From Octopus vulgaris (lineage: Eukaryota), in the NCBI GenBank assembly GCA_951406725.2, contig OX597831.1, positions 6,200,001 through 6,264,000 on the forward strand: 64,000 nt of DNA, in the 5' to 3' direction. Under the pieces are notes generated by a model. That model was not told the DNA's origin, did no database searches, and worked only from the letters and a program-made list of their open reading frames with translations. The stretch's first letter is position 1; each line of letters begins with the position of its first letter. Shown in pieces: positions 24,815 through 38,701 of this stretch. The translations under genes and the position numbers were made by a program.

Positions 24815-26137
24815 ATATATATATATATATATATATACATTAAAATAGGGTTTATGGGTGTAACCCACTATAGGATATCATATATCCAATGTACTGCTAG
24901 TAAAGTACCCAAATTCGTAGTACATAAGTTTTTAATTACAATGCAATTAAGTCATTTATTGCATATATATATATATATATATATATAACGCATACAGAAT
25001 CGTACACACGCACATATATACATGGATGTATGTATGTATATATACATAACATTGAGTCTCTTTTACTTCTGCTAAACATTAATAAAAAATATATATACTT
25101 GGGTGGGGGTCTTGAATAATCGCAACCCCCACCCTCCGCTTATTAATTTTTAAGATTCCTTTTATTAAATTTTACTAATCTATCTCCGATGAAATGTTAT
25201 TCTTAGCTATTCATATTGATACAACAATTGGAGAATCTAATAATTTTATAATATATACTCTATATATATACTGTATACGTGTTTAAATGGTTGTATGTGC
25301 TTATACATATGTATAGGTAGGTTTATATTTCCAGGTATGTATCTAAGAAGGGATTCGGACAAAAGCTCCACAGTTATATTTTTCGGTTACTTTTTCGTTT
25401 TTAGAATTTTTAGTTGAATGTATCGACCCCAGAATTTCTTTTCTTATTTTTAAATTGTTTTTACTTGTTGCAGTTATTAGACTGCGGCCGGCCATGCTTG
25501 GGACACCGCCTTGAATTTTTTTAAAACTTTATCAAAACCACTTCCGTGATGTAATTCTTTTTTTAATTTTTTTATTCTGGGGTACCACTTTAAGGAGCTT
25601 TTTTAGTCGATTGTATCGATCCCAGAATTTTTTAGATGATTTCCAACCAGCGCATGAAGTTAAGTCTAGAAGGTCTCTCCACATGCTAAAAATAACAGCC
25701 AAATCTCTTGAAATATTTTTACACCCCACCTTTTGGTTATTCTTGTTTGTTTATTTTATTTTCTAAAACTATTTTTTACTTGTTTCAGTCACTGGACTGC
25801 GGCCATGCTGGGGCACCGCCTTGAAGAATTTTTAGCCGAATGTATCAACCCCGGAATCTTTTTTAGGTGATTTTCAACCAGCACATGCAGTTGAGCCTAG
25901 AAGGTCTCTCCACCTACTAGAAATAACAGCCAAATCTTATAATTTCACGTAAACAAAGAACGAATATCGTGGGGCGAAAGTAACGAATACGTACACCCGG
26001 TGTTTAGAGTGAGGGTCATTGTTGGGTCGAAAACGGGTGGTGTGCGTATTCGGCGGAAGTAAAGAATACGTACACCACAGGTTTTCGGCCTAACAAAAAC
26101 CCTAAACCCGTATTATTTACCTTCGCCTACATATTCT

Positions 26138-26815
26138 GGTACTACTAGCGAACAGTGGTCCCGGTGCGCGCATCCGCACTAGCTAGTCGTAAGTAGTCGA
26201 TCCTACAACGACTTTTTGACCCTAAGGCGATCTTTCGTCTCTAGTAGACCTTTCCGTCGATTTCCGTAAAAATTTTTTTTTTTTACATATGGGCTTGCGG
26301 GAACTTTTGAAGTAATATCCCTCGTCATAAAATCGCTTTCTCTTAGTCTCTTTCGCTCTCATTACTTCAAAAGTTCCCGCAAGCCCATATGTAAAAAAAA
26401 AAAAAAAAATTTTACGGAAATCGACGGAAAGGTCTACTAGAGACGAAAGATTGCCAAATAATTTATTTACTTAGTTTAACAAATTTGTTCGAAAAATATT
26501 ATTTAATTTTCTTTGATATGTATTCAGCCTTGAAACACAAACATACGCGCAAGTCATTGTAGGATCGACTACTTACGACTAGCTAGCGCAGTATCGCCCC
26601 CAGAGTCTTTTTTCCCCTTTTTACTTGTTGCAGTTATTAGAATGCGGCCATGCTGGGGCACCATCTTGAAGAAATTTTAGTCGAATGTAATGAGAGCATG
26701 AAGTTAAACCTAGAAGGTCTCTTCACATGCTAGAAATAACAACCAAATCTCTTGAAATTTTTTTAGGTACTACTAGCGAGTGCGCGCACCGGGACCACTG
26801 TTCGCTAGTAGTACC
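26138..26815. mobile_element. TIR-bounded composite containing nested inverted repeats
   Basis: Perfect 35-bp IR ggtactactagcgaacagtggtcccggtgcgcgca (26138-26172 / 26781-26815); inner IR ctagctagtcgtaagtagtcgatcctacaa; fold-back 26226-26455; no TSD found. Confidence 0.6.
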
Positions 26816-26933
26816 CACTAATTTAGGATATTGTATATATTCACCGTTAGACGGTGATGAAAGAAACACACACACATGCATGCATGCATGCATACATACA
26901 TACATGCATGCATGCATGCATGCATACATGCAT

Positions 26934-26966
<33 letters not shown>

Positions 26967-27901
26967 TACATACATACATACATACATACATTCATATTTA
27001 TATATACAACTTAAACATACATATCAGTACATAAATATACATTTACATGTACATACACGCAGACACTTCTACACAAAAACGTAAATGTTCACTCAATAGC
27101 ACGAACTGTTACTTTCTCAGGTGCAGCACAAAGTTTTGTTAGTGAACAGGTCGCGGTTTCAAAGCAACGAAAATATTTTGACATAAATCAAATTTCTGAT
27201 AAGAAAAGGGTGACAGCCTATAAAAATTTTAGATAACGATTTCTCATTTAGACACAAAACCAACAGTTTGTGGGGAGGGACGGTGCCGCCACAAGAGCTG
27301 GCCATGCTTAAGCCTGCACCAGACTTCTGCAATTGTTTTGGCAGGATTTTTACAGCTGGATGCCCTTCCTAACATCAACCACTCAGTTGAGTGACTTAGT
27401 GCCTTTTACGTGGCACAAGCACAGGTGAGGTCAGTTTTGGCAAGGTTTTACAGTTTCAAAAACTGCTCTGCAAATAGTTGAGCTGATTGATGTCTTGAAA
27501 GCCTCGATGATACCACCACCACCACAAGAAAACTTCCTTCACCCTACTCCAACAAATCAATCTACATCTCTTCTCTTTCTTGTATTTCCTCCTTCATTCG
27601 CTATGTCTAGCTCTCTCACTCCCCAATCTTGTCCACACACCCCTGTTCCTCTATCATTGCTATCTGGTAGCCCCTCCAACTCTATATATACCTAGGTCTT
27701 TCGCCACTTACTTACATTCTTTAATTGCACTCCCTTCACAATATCCCATCACTTATACTATGGCATTTGAACCTCAAGGGTATGTCCTGGCACTTGGCAC
27801 TATCAATATCTCTCTCTTCCTTTACTCAACCATCTCATTTATACTCTGATCCCCATTCCTTATATGACCAGCATTTTGCCACCATCTCCATCCTGCGGTC
27901 T

Positions 27902-27932
<31 letters not shown>

Positions 27933-29293
27933 GCTCTCCTTCACCTGCACTTCTCTCAGGTTGGGAAACTGTGTATATTTTCTTTGCAGTAGCATACCTG
28001 TTTCTATCTTCATTTCTGATCTTTCTCTCACTGGCCAGGTAACCTTGTACTTCCTCTACAGCCAGACACCTGTATCTGTCTCACTATAACATTTTCATCA
28101 TCACCTCCATCAATTCCTCCTCCTCTCATAAAAGTTTTTGTCTTGCAAGTACTTGGTGCTCTGTTGGTGCAGGTGCCACTTAAAAGCATCCAGTCCACAT
28201 TATAAAGTGGTAGGTGTTCGGAAGGGCATTCAGCTGTAAAACCTTGCCAAAACTGACCTTGCCTGTTCTTGTGCCACATAAAAGGCACTAAGTCCCTCAA
28301 CTGAGTGGTTGATGTTAGGAAGGGCATCCAGCTGTAAAAATCCTACCAAAACAATCACAGAAGTCTGGTGCGGGCTTCAGCATGGCCAGCTCTTGTGGCA
28401 CATCCCGACCAAGTTTGCATGGAACACAGACATTAAATGATGATGATGATGACAATGATATACACACACATACATATATATATATAAGATGGGACAGCAG
28501 CTGGTGTTGGCTAAAAATTCCCATAAATCTTCATACCACATCATCCTATTGCATCACATTTAACTCTGAATGTACAGTACTGATTCAAATATCAGTAGCA
28601 ACCCCCCTGGGATGGTACAACCAATGTTACACAGTGTATAGGAAGCAGTGGATCATTCACTTCAAGACATAATGCAGAAACACATAACTTTTACTTGGTG
28701 GCAATGCTATGCTTAGTGGTGTATTCTGTCAGATTCTCCCTGGACATAAAAACACAATACATGTACTGAGAGTTACTCTTATAGAAAAAGGACTCGTCTT
28801 TATGGAGGCAGCTGGTTCAACTCTTAGTTGATTCCTTAGAAATACATCAAAGCTCAATTCCTTTTTGTCCTGAGTGAAGGGAGATGGAAATTGACACAGA
28901 TAGAAAACCACATTGCTTGATGAATCGGTCGTTGTTGAAATTGAAGCGCAGCTCATTTACCATGGTCTCTGATGAACAAATTGAGTCAGAGGTTGTAAGC
29001 AAATTAATAATTCTTGCAACTCCAAATAAAAATGTTGAAATTGTTGCACAACAAGGAACATGTGTATCATAATCTGGACACTTATGTATCTCATGATGAA
29101 CATAAGGCTTCTTCATTCCATCCACAGTTTCTCTTACTATTAGAGGGCTGCTGCTATCTCATATACACTGTCTTAAAATTGAATGCATTGCCATAATGTT
29201 GCAGTATCTAAACATACAAAGTGGTCTAATAAATACATATTATTGAATTACTTGCAAGTAACAATCTGCAGTGCAATTATCATAGAAAGTAAC

Positions 29294-29581
29294 CGTGGTG
29301 TTATGGGATGTGATGAGCTATGTGGTGTTGGTGGAGAGGATGACAGATGAGGTGCGTGGAAGTAAGGCTTGCAGGGGCCGGCGGAAGAGTGAAAGGGGCA
29401 TGCATGGGCAGGAAGCACGTGTGGTCAGCAAACACATGTAGTCAGTTCTAGCAAAGAGCGCAGAGCGAGAAGACGTGTGGAATTCGTGAGAGTGACCGCT
29501 GATTTCTCCTAGGTAAGGCCTTTTGTATTTCTTTCTCCCATTGCTTCTTTTTCTGTTGTCCTTTTCCTCCATCACACTACA
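29294..29581. mobile_element. Solo LTR (288 bp) with 5-bp TSD
   Basis: GTAAC|cgtggtgttatgg...ccatcacactaca|GTAAC; imperfect 13-bp terminal IR, 5' TG mutated to CG, 3' CA intact; GC-richer than its flanks. Confidence 0.75.
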
Positions 29582-30228
29582 GTAACATTTGTAGTATAGT
29601 TGGTATTATCTCTAGAATCAAGTGAAACCAACTGAGGAGGCATTGCCATTCTCCTTTCATTTCAATGTTGGCAATTTTCAGTATAATTTGCTTTTGCAAG
29701 TGTCAGAGGCAGACTCTACAAAAGGCTACATTACACTTCAGGTAACAGTATGCCAGAAACTGCTAGCATCACTGCAATATCTAACAAAATCAAAGACATT
29801 ATTTACTATGAAGTATATAGGTTCAGGTATGGTTGCTTAGCGGCATTTCGTCTGCCGCTACGTTCTGAGTTCAAATTCTGCCGAGGTCGACTTTGCCTTT
29901 CATCCTTTTGGGGTCAATAAATTAAGTACCAGTTACACACTGGGGTCGATGTAATCGACTTAATCCCTTTGTCTGTCCTTGTATGTCCCCTCTGCATGTA
30001 GCCCCTTGTGGGTAATAAAGAAATAAGAAGTTTGCTTCTCAACAACATGGCTCAATCCCACCACATAGCACCTTGGGCAATTGTCTTCTATTATAGCCCT
30101 GGCTGACCAAAGCCATATGAGTGAATTTGGTAGACAGAAACTGAAAGAAGCATGTCATATGTATATATGTCTCCTTGTCTTGGCATCATATCATAGTTGT
30201 AAATGAGTGTCACTATCATACAAATGGA

Positions 30229-30528
30229 TGCGCAATGGCCCAGTGGTTAGGGCAGAGGACTCGCAGCCGTAGGATCGCGATTTCGATTCCCAGACCGGGC
30301 ATTGTGAGTGTTTTTTGAGCAAAAACACCTAAAGCTCCATGAGGCTCCAGCAGGGGGTGGTGGCGATCCCTGCTGTACTCTTTTGCCACAACTTTCTCTC
30401 ACTCTTTCTTCTGTTACCCTGCTTGCTTAGCCAGTGGGGTGGCAGCGTTTGAAGGCTAAAAACAATGCAAAGCACATTGTGACCAGCGATGTGTAGCAAC
30501 ATCTGATAGCCTGGTCGGTCACGGTGAT
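30229..30528 (+). mobile_element. SINE family D (tRNA-derived head)
   Basis: tggcccagtggttagggcagaggactcgcag...ttcgattcccagacc A/B boxes; second copy at 61707. Confidence 0.75.
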
Positions 30529-32565
30529 CAAACAAACAGTGCCATTCACCTCCGCTATTCTGCAAAAACCTATCTGGCCATGGGAAATATTATCTTGCTT
30601 GGAAACACGAGGGCTGGCAACAGGAAAGGCACTTGGCAGTAGAAAATCTGCTTCAATAGAGTATAAAAAGTTGAACATTAAAACAATAATGATGAATGGA
30701 AACAATGATTTCTTTTGAATATAGAAAAAATAACACTTCTAAATAAATTGTAAAAATTTTTTTCTTTTTTTAATATCACTTTTAAAAGAAAATGTTATTA
30801 AAAAAATATTTTATTGACAAATACCAGAAACAAAATATATTCATTGTAAACAACTATGACAGTATATATTCTCACTGAAAATATTAGTAAACATTTTCAG
30901 CTAAAATGTTTATAATGTGAAAAAATTGTAAAGAAATCTTTGTTGTGTTCGTTTAACTATATTCATATATTCACCTGTGTATTTGAGTTTATATATATAT
31001 ATATATATGTATGTTTCTACCAATAAATGCACATTTCCACTCTATTACTTTCAGTCAGTGGATGCAACCATACTGGGCCTTCGTCAAGGGTTAAGTCAAT
31101 TCCACTGACCCCGTCAACATTTTGTACATCCCATCACTACAAGCCTAAGTTTCTCCTCTCATGCAAAAATTCTTTTTCCAGACAAATTATATGTATAGCA
31201 GGAGTTGTAGATATGAGCTGCCTGCTTGTGACCACAGAGGCATCTAAAGCATTTAGCAAAAGCATGGCAACATTCTACCAAGTCATCCTAAATTCTGAAA
31301 GATGGTTGTAGATTACATGTGAGCGAGCATGTGTGTGTGAGAGAGGGGGGGTGAGAGTGAGAGAGAGAGACAGACAGATAGACAGATAAGATATGCAAGG
31401 TGATTGAAGTTAGTATGTGTATGCACATGCATACCAACATTTGAAAAAGTCACTCCATGGGAATCGCAGATTGATGGAAATTCTCTAAATCTAAAGTTTT
31501 ATTCTCTCTGTCTAATGCTTTACTATCAATGTAACCAATTGTGATTGCTGCCCCACCTGCTATAAAAATAAACCAACACGCTTTCAAGTGGTAATATTTC
31601 TTAGTGTCGAAATAAAGATGAAAAATTAAACAATTATCACTATCGTTTAGATCAGGGGGAAAAAAAGAATAGCCTACAGGAGAATTGAATCAGATTATGA
31701 GGAGGAAGTAAATGCTGATCTTTATTGGCAAAAAAGGTGTGTGAAATCTTCACAAAGTCCTGTAAATTATTCTGCTGTGTGGGAGAAAATGTTTTGGGAT
31801 GGGACCATTCATTGAAGAAAAATGTTCTTTCCTTGTAGCAAATTAATTCATTACAATAATTAGTCAGATCGAGAAAAAAAAACAGTGAGTATAAATAGTT
31901 GAAAAGTAGAAAAAATATAAGCAAAGGCCTTCCTTTTAGATCAGGATTCTTTATACTTTGAGAGGGAGAATTGAACTTTTTATGTTTGCTTACAAGAGGG
32001 GGAAAGACATGTCAAGACTTGAAAGGAGAAACATGTTAGTTTCATTCAAATTGAATAAGGAGAGGTTAATAAAAATAATCTTAAAATAAATAAATAAAAG
32101 TATGAAAAAGTTTGATATGTATGGTTGCATTTTGAAAGAAGAAAGTGTCTACTTTGTGACAGAGAACTGAATATTGTGTTTGGATACAAAAACAAGAATG
32201 AAGTTGCTTCCATTTAATTTTCAATAATGGAGTGTTTAACAGAAATAATAAAATTAAAAAAAATAAAGAGTGGCACAATTGCTTGCAGTAGAATTTTATA
32301 TCACAACTCATGAGTTAGAACCATAATATGCTACAAATTTAGATCACCACAATAATGCTACTTTATATGAAACAATGACATAGAAAGTAAAAATATATAT
32401 TACAAATTAGATGTGTAAAAACTAGTTGCCATGATAGATCATTAGCCACTACACACATTTTTTTCTCTCCTTGTTTTTTCTGTGTCTCTTTCTGTAGAAG
32501 AGCATAGGCTCGAAACGTAAAATACTTTTTCTATTCCTGAGCATTATACTAATACATCTGTTTTG

Positions 32566-32789
32566 TATCAGAAAAATGAAATTGTGATTCTCATTGACTA
32601 TAGAATGGCACAGGGATAGATAAATCTATTTAGGGTAACCCCATTATATTATATTCCATTTACATTACTTTTTCACATCCTTACAATGCTATACAATCAT
32701 TTCACATTTCAACTCTGCATTATCATATTGCTGTGCTATCCCTGTGCCATTCTATGGTCAATGAGAATCACAATTTCATTTTTCTGATA
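32566..32789. repeat. Fold-back with 54-bp arms
   Basis: tatcagaaaaatgaaattgtgattctcattgactatagaatggcacagggatag and its reverse complement at about 32736-32789. Confidence 0.85.
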
Positions 32790-33038
32790 TTTGTACAATT
32801 TATATTTGGGCGATTTGCAAATAGAGATATATTGAGACATGTGTTGCAGGGATGAGGATGAGAATAATTGTCATCATATTGGTTGTAAGCGCTGAATATT
32901 TAGCCACTTATTTCCAGATAACTAAAGTGGGGACTGTCTTATGGGTATAGATGTAGCTGAGAAAGGTTTTGGGTGTGGGAGTAGATTAGAGGATACCTGA
33001 TTTAATCAGGGTTTCTTTTATCACAGACCCACACACAA

Positions 33039-33096
<58 letters not shown>

Positions 33097-35377
33097 AAAG
33101 TTTACGAAAAAAACAAAAGACAAAGACAGGTGGTGTACAAAACAAACAGATGTATTAGTATAACGCTCAGGAATAGAAAAAGTCTTTTATGTTTCGAGCC
33201 TATGTTCTTCTACAGAATGATACACAGAAAAAACAAGGAGAGAAAAAAAGAGTGTAGTGGCTATGTGTATATATATATATATATATATAATAGATTTAGC
33301 GATGATTTTAAGATGCAAGTAATTAGTATCAAGAGCTTAACAACATGATATCTTTTATCTTTTACTTGTGTCAGTCATCAGGCTGTGGCCATGCTGGGGC
33401 ACCACCTTGAAGAATTTTTAGTTGAATGAATCGATCCCAATACTTTTTTTTTTAAAGCCTGGTAGTCATTCTATCAATCTCTTTTGTCAACCCACTAAGT
33501 TATGGGGACATAAACACACCAACACAGGTTGTCAAGCTGTGGTGCAGGACAAACACAGACGCAAAAGCATATATGTATATATACGACGGGTTTCTTTTAG
33601 TTTCCATCTACCAAATCCACTCACAAGGCTTTGCTGGTTGGTCTGAGACTGTAGAAGACACTTGCCCACGTGGTTGGGAAACAAGCTTCTCACTCCACGG
33701 CCATGCCTACGCCTATATGCTTAAAATTTCTTCATATAACCAAGGAATGGCCGAATGATATTATTCTTTTAGAAAAGACTTCCAAAACAAACTCTGAGTC
33801 TTTAAAAAAATAATCAGATCTAAAATAAAAAAGTAAAAAAAACGGAAGATCTGTGCTTGTTTGGGAAAAAATTAAAAGAAAAAAATTGAATAACCAAGGG
33901 AAGTAACCTTGGCTATCTGCACAAAACGACAGCACCATTTGCATTCTTTCAATCGGTTAAAATTTTCATTGTAATCAAACTTATTAAATCCCACCACAAA
34001 TTCTCCCACAGAACACAATAAGGTTGTGCAAAGGATTATGCTTAATAAGTAACAAGTGTATTCAACTTTTTATAACAAGGAAAACAGATATTATATTCAT
34101 TGCCATTATATACATATTTATAATAATTTTAAATATTTAACTTAATTTGCAGCCAAATGCTGTTTTATAACAATCCTTTCATTGAGCATCCATTTCCCTA
34201 GGTTCACATAATTGATCACATAATTGAATACAGTCACATCGGCTATCATATCATACATACCAACTGTGTAAAAGATTACCACATAAACAATACAAAGAAA
34301 GGTGTGATATTTGATGTACCTAAAAAAAGCTATAATTGGAACAAAGGTTTAAGAATTGCAGGTCCCTTTCACCCAAAATAAATCAAGTTCTCAATTACAG
34401 AGACATAAAAGGAATTTTTTGGCAAAATTTATAAATTAATGAAAGAGAAATAATTGTAATTATTTCAAGTCTCGTTAATGATAAAATCTAACAGAATTAT
34501 TAAATAAAACAACTAACTTAATACTGAGAAACTCCAGTTAGGTAATTACTCCAGTCCCTGAAGATTGCTTAGACGTTTATGAACTGTTATAAAAACATAG
34601 ATGAAGATGGAATCAATGAAGGTGATGATAGCTAAAATGTGTAGTAGTAGTAGTAGTAGTAGTGGTAGTAAATGTGAATAAGAATATTCTTTTCTACTCT
34701 AGGCACAAGGCCGGACATTTTTGGGGAGGGGGGGGGGCAGTCGATTAGATCGACCCCAGTATGCAACTGGTACATAATTTATTAATCCTGAAAAGTTGAA
34801 AGGCAAAGTCGACCTGAGCGGAATTTGAACTCAGAACATAAAAACAGACAAAATATCGCTAAGTATTTTGTCCGATATGCTAACATCTCTACCAGCTCAC
34901 TGCCTTGTGAATAAGTATATTATGTAAGGTTTCTTATAATGGCATGAAGTCTGAGATTTTTAGAATAAGAGGATATGGGTGAGGTTGGGTGTGTAGTTGT
35001 AATTATTGAGGCATCCTAAAGATCGGATGTAATATAAGTGAAATTAAATTATTCCGACCAGTTATAATACTAATAATATAGCCTGAACAGGATAAGCTAC
35101 CCCTATTTTGCAGAAAAAAGTGTTGGTGGTCGGCTACGAGACTCAAACTCACACCTTTGTGATTATAAAAAGAAAATAGGTCACATACCTGGATTACCAA
35201 AAGCCAACCTGTGAAATATTGTGAACTACTAAATTTCATAAATATTTCAGTTTTATGGTTGCTTGAGAGTCAGGTTGGAAATAACATTAGTAAATTTGAA
35301 GTGACTCAACAATAACAACACAAAAGAAAAGGCTGGAGTAAAAACATATACAAAAGATACAAAACGATATAAAATCA

Positions 35378-35722
35378 TCAGACTTCAGCATCATAGTCTT
35401 CCAGGGTGTATTTGGTATTCACATAGTACAGTTCGTAAGCATAAGAACGATGCTTTTTGGTGACCGGTGATATGTATTCGCCAAATGGGTTGCGCCTATA
35501 GTCAAACTTGTGAAAATTCAAAGGAAGAAGAAGAGACAGTGTCTTGTACATCTCAATATAATCGTATTTGGTTGGACGTACATTGCTGCTATTACCTGGT
35601 AAAACTGTGTGGATTTCAAAGGCTAACTGTTTAACATTGGCCAAACTGTTGTCAGCAAATATAGTTTTTAGACATGCCCACTCTTGATATTCAAGATCAA
35701 CCTTAACATAGGAAATGATAGT
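35378..35722 (-). CDS. METTL24-like: METTL24-like methyltransferase, exon 7 (terminal)
   Basis: tttttcag acceptor; TIISYVKVDLEYQEWACLKTIFADNSLANVKQLAFEIH...YELYYVNTKY...EV*; carries the KxDxExxEW and VKQLxxExH motifs of Methyltransf_22/FkbM; 345 nt, phase 0. Confidence 0.88.
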   Translation of the reverse strand, partial: TIISYVKVDLEYQEWACLKTIFADNSLANVKQLAFEIHTVLPGNSSNVRPTKYDYIEMYKTLSLLLPLNFHKFDYRRNPFGEYISPVTKKHRSYAYELYYVNTKYTLEDYDAEV

Positions 35723-35725
35723 CTG

Positions 35726-35756
<31 letters not shown>

Positions 35757-35843
35757 TATCTAATATAGGATAAAATTTTTCAAAAAACATTTTATCAATG
35801 GCCAGCATATTAAAAAATACCTTTAAAGGTTAAATTTATAAAC

Positions 35844-36198
35844 AACTTATAAACAAGGGCAAAAGAAAAAATTCTAATGCCAAATATGCCGAAAATAGAC
35901 AAATTGTCAATAACCATATAATTTATCACTATAAACACGCGTCTCAAAGTAAGCCGACAGAAATTTCTAAAATTTTTACACATTTATGTCTTACGTATTT
36001 ATCGCTGACGAGGAGAAAATTCTTATGAATTAACTCTGAAATTGGGACTGATATGATAACAACGGAATTTTTTTGAAATTTTTGTCGGCTTACTTTGAGA
36101 CGCGTGTTTATAGTGATAAATGATATGGTTATTGACAATTTGTCTATTTTCGGCATATTTGGCATTAGAATTTTTTTCTTTTGCCCTTGTTTATAAGT

Positions 36199-36199
<1 letters not shown>
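35844..36199. repeat. Fold-back (about 125-bp arms) between (TA)n tracts, hammerhead-like motif in the loop
   Basis: Arms 35844-35968 / 36076-36199; loop 36000-36053 reads tatcg-CTGACGA-ggag...ctct-GAAA-ttggg-AC-tgata (U16.1 replaced by A). Confidence 0.8.
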
Positions 36200-36229
<30 letters not shown>

Positions 36230-36419
36230 AATAAACAAAATATATCATCAGAAATATATATACATAAAAGTTAAAATATATAAGTAGAAATATAATTTAA
36301 AGTTTAAAATATGACATAAATATATATATTACAGACATTTGTTTTTCTTTTTACAAACATTTTGTTGGATGGCTGTTGACCATTCATGGAGTTCCTCCAC
36401 CCTTTGACAGATCTTATTT

Positions 36420-36600
36420 TTTATACTGCAGGGTGTCCACTGAAAGTGGATGGCACCTGTGGAAGAGGGAGACCCAGGAAGACGTGGGATGAAGTGGTGA
36501 GGACTGATCTTAGGATGTTGGGGTTCATGGAGGAAATGACAAAGGACTGAGATGTTTGGCAATACAAGGTTCTTGAGAAGAACCTGCCCACATCAGCGAA
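36420..36600 (+). mobile_element. RTE LINE 3' end fragment
   Basis: Encodes KVDGTCGRGRPRKTWDEVVRTDLRMLG, the RTE C-terminal RGRPxKTW motif. Confidence 0.65.
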
Positions 36601-37779
36601 ACTGAGTGCTAGAAGGGTTTTGTCCCACCCACATGTAACAACAAACTTTTCACTCACCCTACCCCAAGAAACCAAACTACATCTCCTCTTCTAAGTTGCA
36701 TCTTTCACTTCCTCACATTTCCTCTTCATAAACTATGATTATCTTCTAATCCCCTTCTCTACCCTCACTGCTCTGTTCTCTGTATCACTGCTTTCCCCCA
36801 CCCCATTTTTATACCCAGGTTTTCACCAGTCACTGCAATCCTCACTCCCTACCTGTGCCTTCTTGACAATACCTGACCATGCATATTATGACCTTCGTAC
36901 CTCTCTCTTCTTTACTCTACCATCACATCTCTACTCTGATCTTCGTTACTTCTGAGTATACCTTGGCACTTCACCATCTCTCCCCTGTTCTCTCTTGTAC
37001 TTTTGCTGTTTCCACTCTCTCTCTTTCCCTTACTCTTCCTCCAAATTGGTAGCCACGTGTCTCCTCTACAGCAGCATACCTATTTTTGCCCTCATTCTTT
37101 CCTTCTCTTGCTTTCCCTCCAACTAGGTAACCAAGTATCCCCTTTACATCAACACACCTATTTCTGTCCTCTTTCTTGTACCTCTCTCTCCCTTTCTCTT
37201 CGCCCCCCCCCCCCCTCTGGATAACTATGTACTTCCTCTATAGCAAGATACCAATTTCTGCCTCTCTGTCACACTCTAACCTTTCACCATCTGACACCAG
37301 ATCGTGCGTCCCATCCCAAAGCCCCCTCCATTAAAGCAAGACACCTGTTTCTGCCTCTCTGTCTCTCGGTTACACTCTAACCTTTCATCTTCTGACAAAA
37401 GTTCCCCTCCCCAAATGTCTCTGCCCCTCTCAAAATTCCTTGTCTTGCAAGTTACTTGGTGGCCCTGCCAGTGCTGGTGTCACATTGAAAGCATCCATTC
37501 CACATTGTAAAGTGGTTGGCATTTGGAAGGGCAGGCATTCCAGCTGTAAAAATCATGTCAAAACTAACCTCACCTGTGTTAATGCCACATAAAAAGCACT
37601 GAGTCCCCTCTGCAGAGTGGTTGGTGTTAGGAAAGGCATCCAGCCATAAAAACCCTGCCAAAACAGACACAGTAGCCTAGGGTAGTTTTTCTACCTGTCT
37701 GGCTCCTGCCAACTGTCCTACCCATGTATGCATGGAAGACGGACATTAAACGATGATGATGTTTATCACAACTAAAATT

Positions 37780-38420
37780 AGTTGTGATACATGTGCCAAT
37801 GGCATGTAAAAAGCACCATCCGAACGTGGCTGATGCCAGTGCCGCCCTGACTGGCTTCTGTGCCGGTGGCACGTAAAAGCACCAACCAATTGTGGCTGCT
37901 GCCAGCCTCCCCTGGCACCTGTGCCGGTGGCACGTAAAAAGCACCCACTACACTCACGGAGTGGTTGGCGTTAGGAAGGGCATCCAGCTGTAGAAACACT
38001 GCCAGATCAGACTGGAGCCTGGTGCAGCCTCCTGGCTTCCCAGACCCCAGTTGAACTGTCCAACCCATGCTAGCACGGAAAACAGACGTTAAACGATGAT
38101 GATGATGATGATACCTGTGCCAGTGGCACGTAAAAAGCACCATCTGAATGTGGCCGATGCAAGTGCCACCTTGACTGGCTTCTGTGCCGGTGAAACTTAA
38201 AAGCACCAACCGATCGTGGCCGCTGCCAGCCTCCTCTGGCACATAAAAAGCACCCACTACACTCACGGAGTGGTTGGCGTTAGGAAGGGCATCCAGCTGT
38301 AGAAACACTGCCAGATCAGACTGGAGCCTGGTGCAGCCTCCTGGCTTCCCAGACCCTGGTCGAACCGTCCAACCCATGCTAGCATGGAAAACAGACGTTA
38401 AACGATGATGATGATGATGA
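37780..38420 (+). mobile_element. Two tandem SINE family C copies
   Basis: Each ends ...acccatgctagca(c/t)ggaaaacagacgttaaacgatgatgatg. Confidence 0.85.
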
Positions 38421-38562
38421 ATCATGCAATTAATTCAGTCATTCAGCCTTATAACATGACTCAGAAGAATTAAAAAATTTTACGGAACAAATTCTCAGAA
38501 TTCTCTCAGATTTACAGAATATTCAGATATTGCATATTGTAGAAAAAGAAAATGGTAATTAC

Positions 38563-38701
38563 CTGCAAATGACCATTCTGCTCAAGTAACTTTTTGAAAG
38601 TCACTGTTGTCCAGCCTTCTGGGCTGGAATCATCTTTTTTACTGAGTCCTAAGTTGTGCACATGGATCAAGTTGGACTTCTTCCTGTTAAGTTTCTTCTT
38701 T
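38563..38701 (-). CDS. METTL24-like: METTL24-like exon 6
   Basis: aacag acceptor and gtaatt donor; KKKLNRKKSNLIHVHNLGLSKKDDSSPEGWTTVTFKKLLEQNGHLQ; 139 nt, in phase with neighbours. Confidence 0.88.

Noticed and set aside
28700-29290. Possible transposase or gene remnant
   Set aside because: No recognisable motif in any frame.
30229-30300. tRNA gene (also 61707-61780)
   Set aside because: A/B boxes are present but there is no proper cloverleaf, and the sequence continues into a shared SINE body.
37627-38425. ORFs with HHHHRLTSVFHASMGWT...LQLDALPNANHS (also 46665, 49375, 53891, 55042, 62454, 63643)
   Set aside because: They are read-throughs of the high-copy SINE family C.
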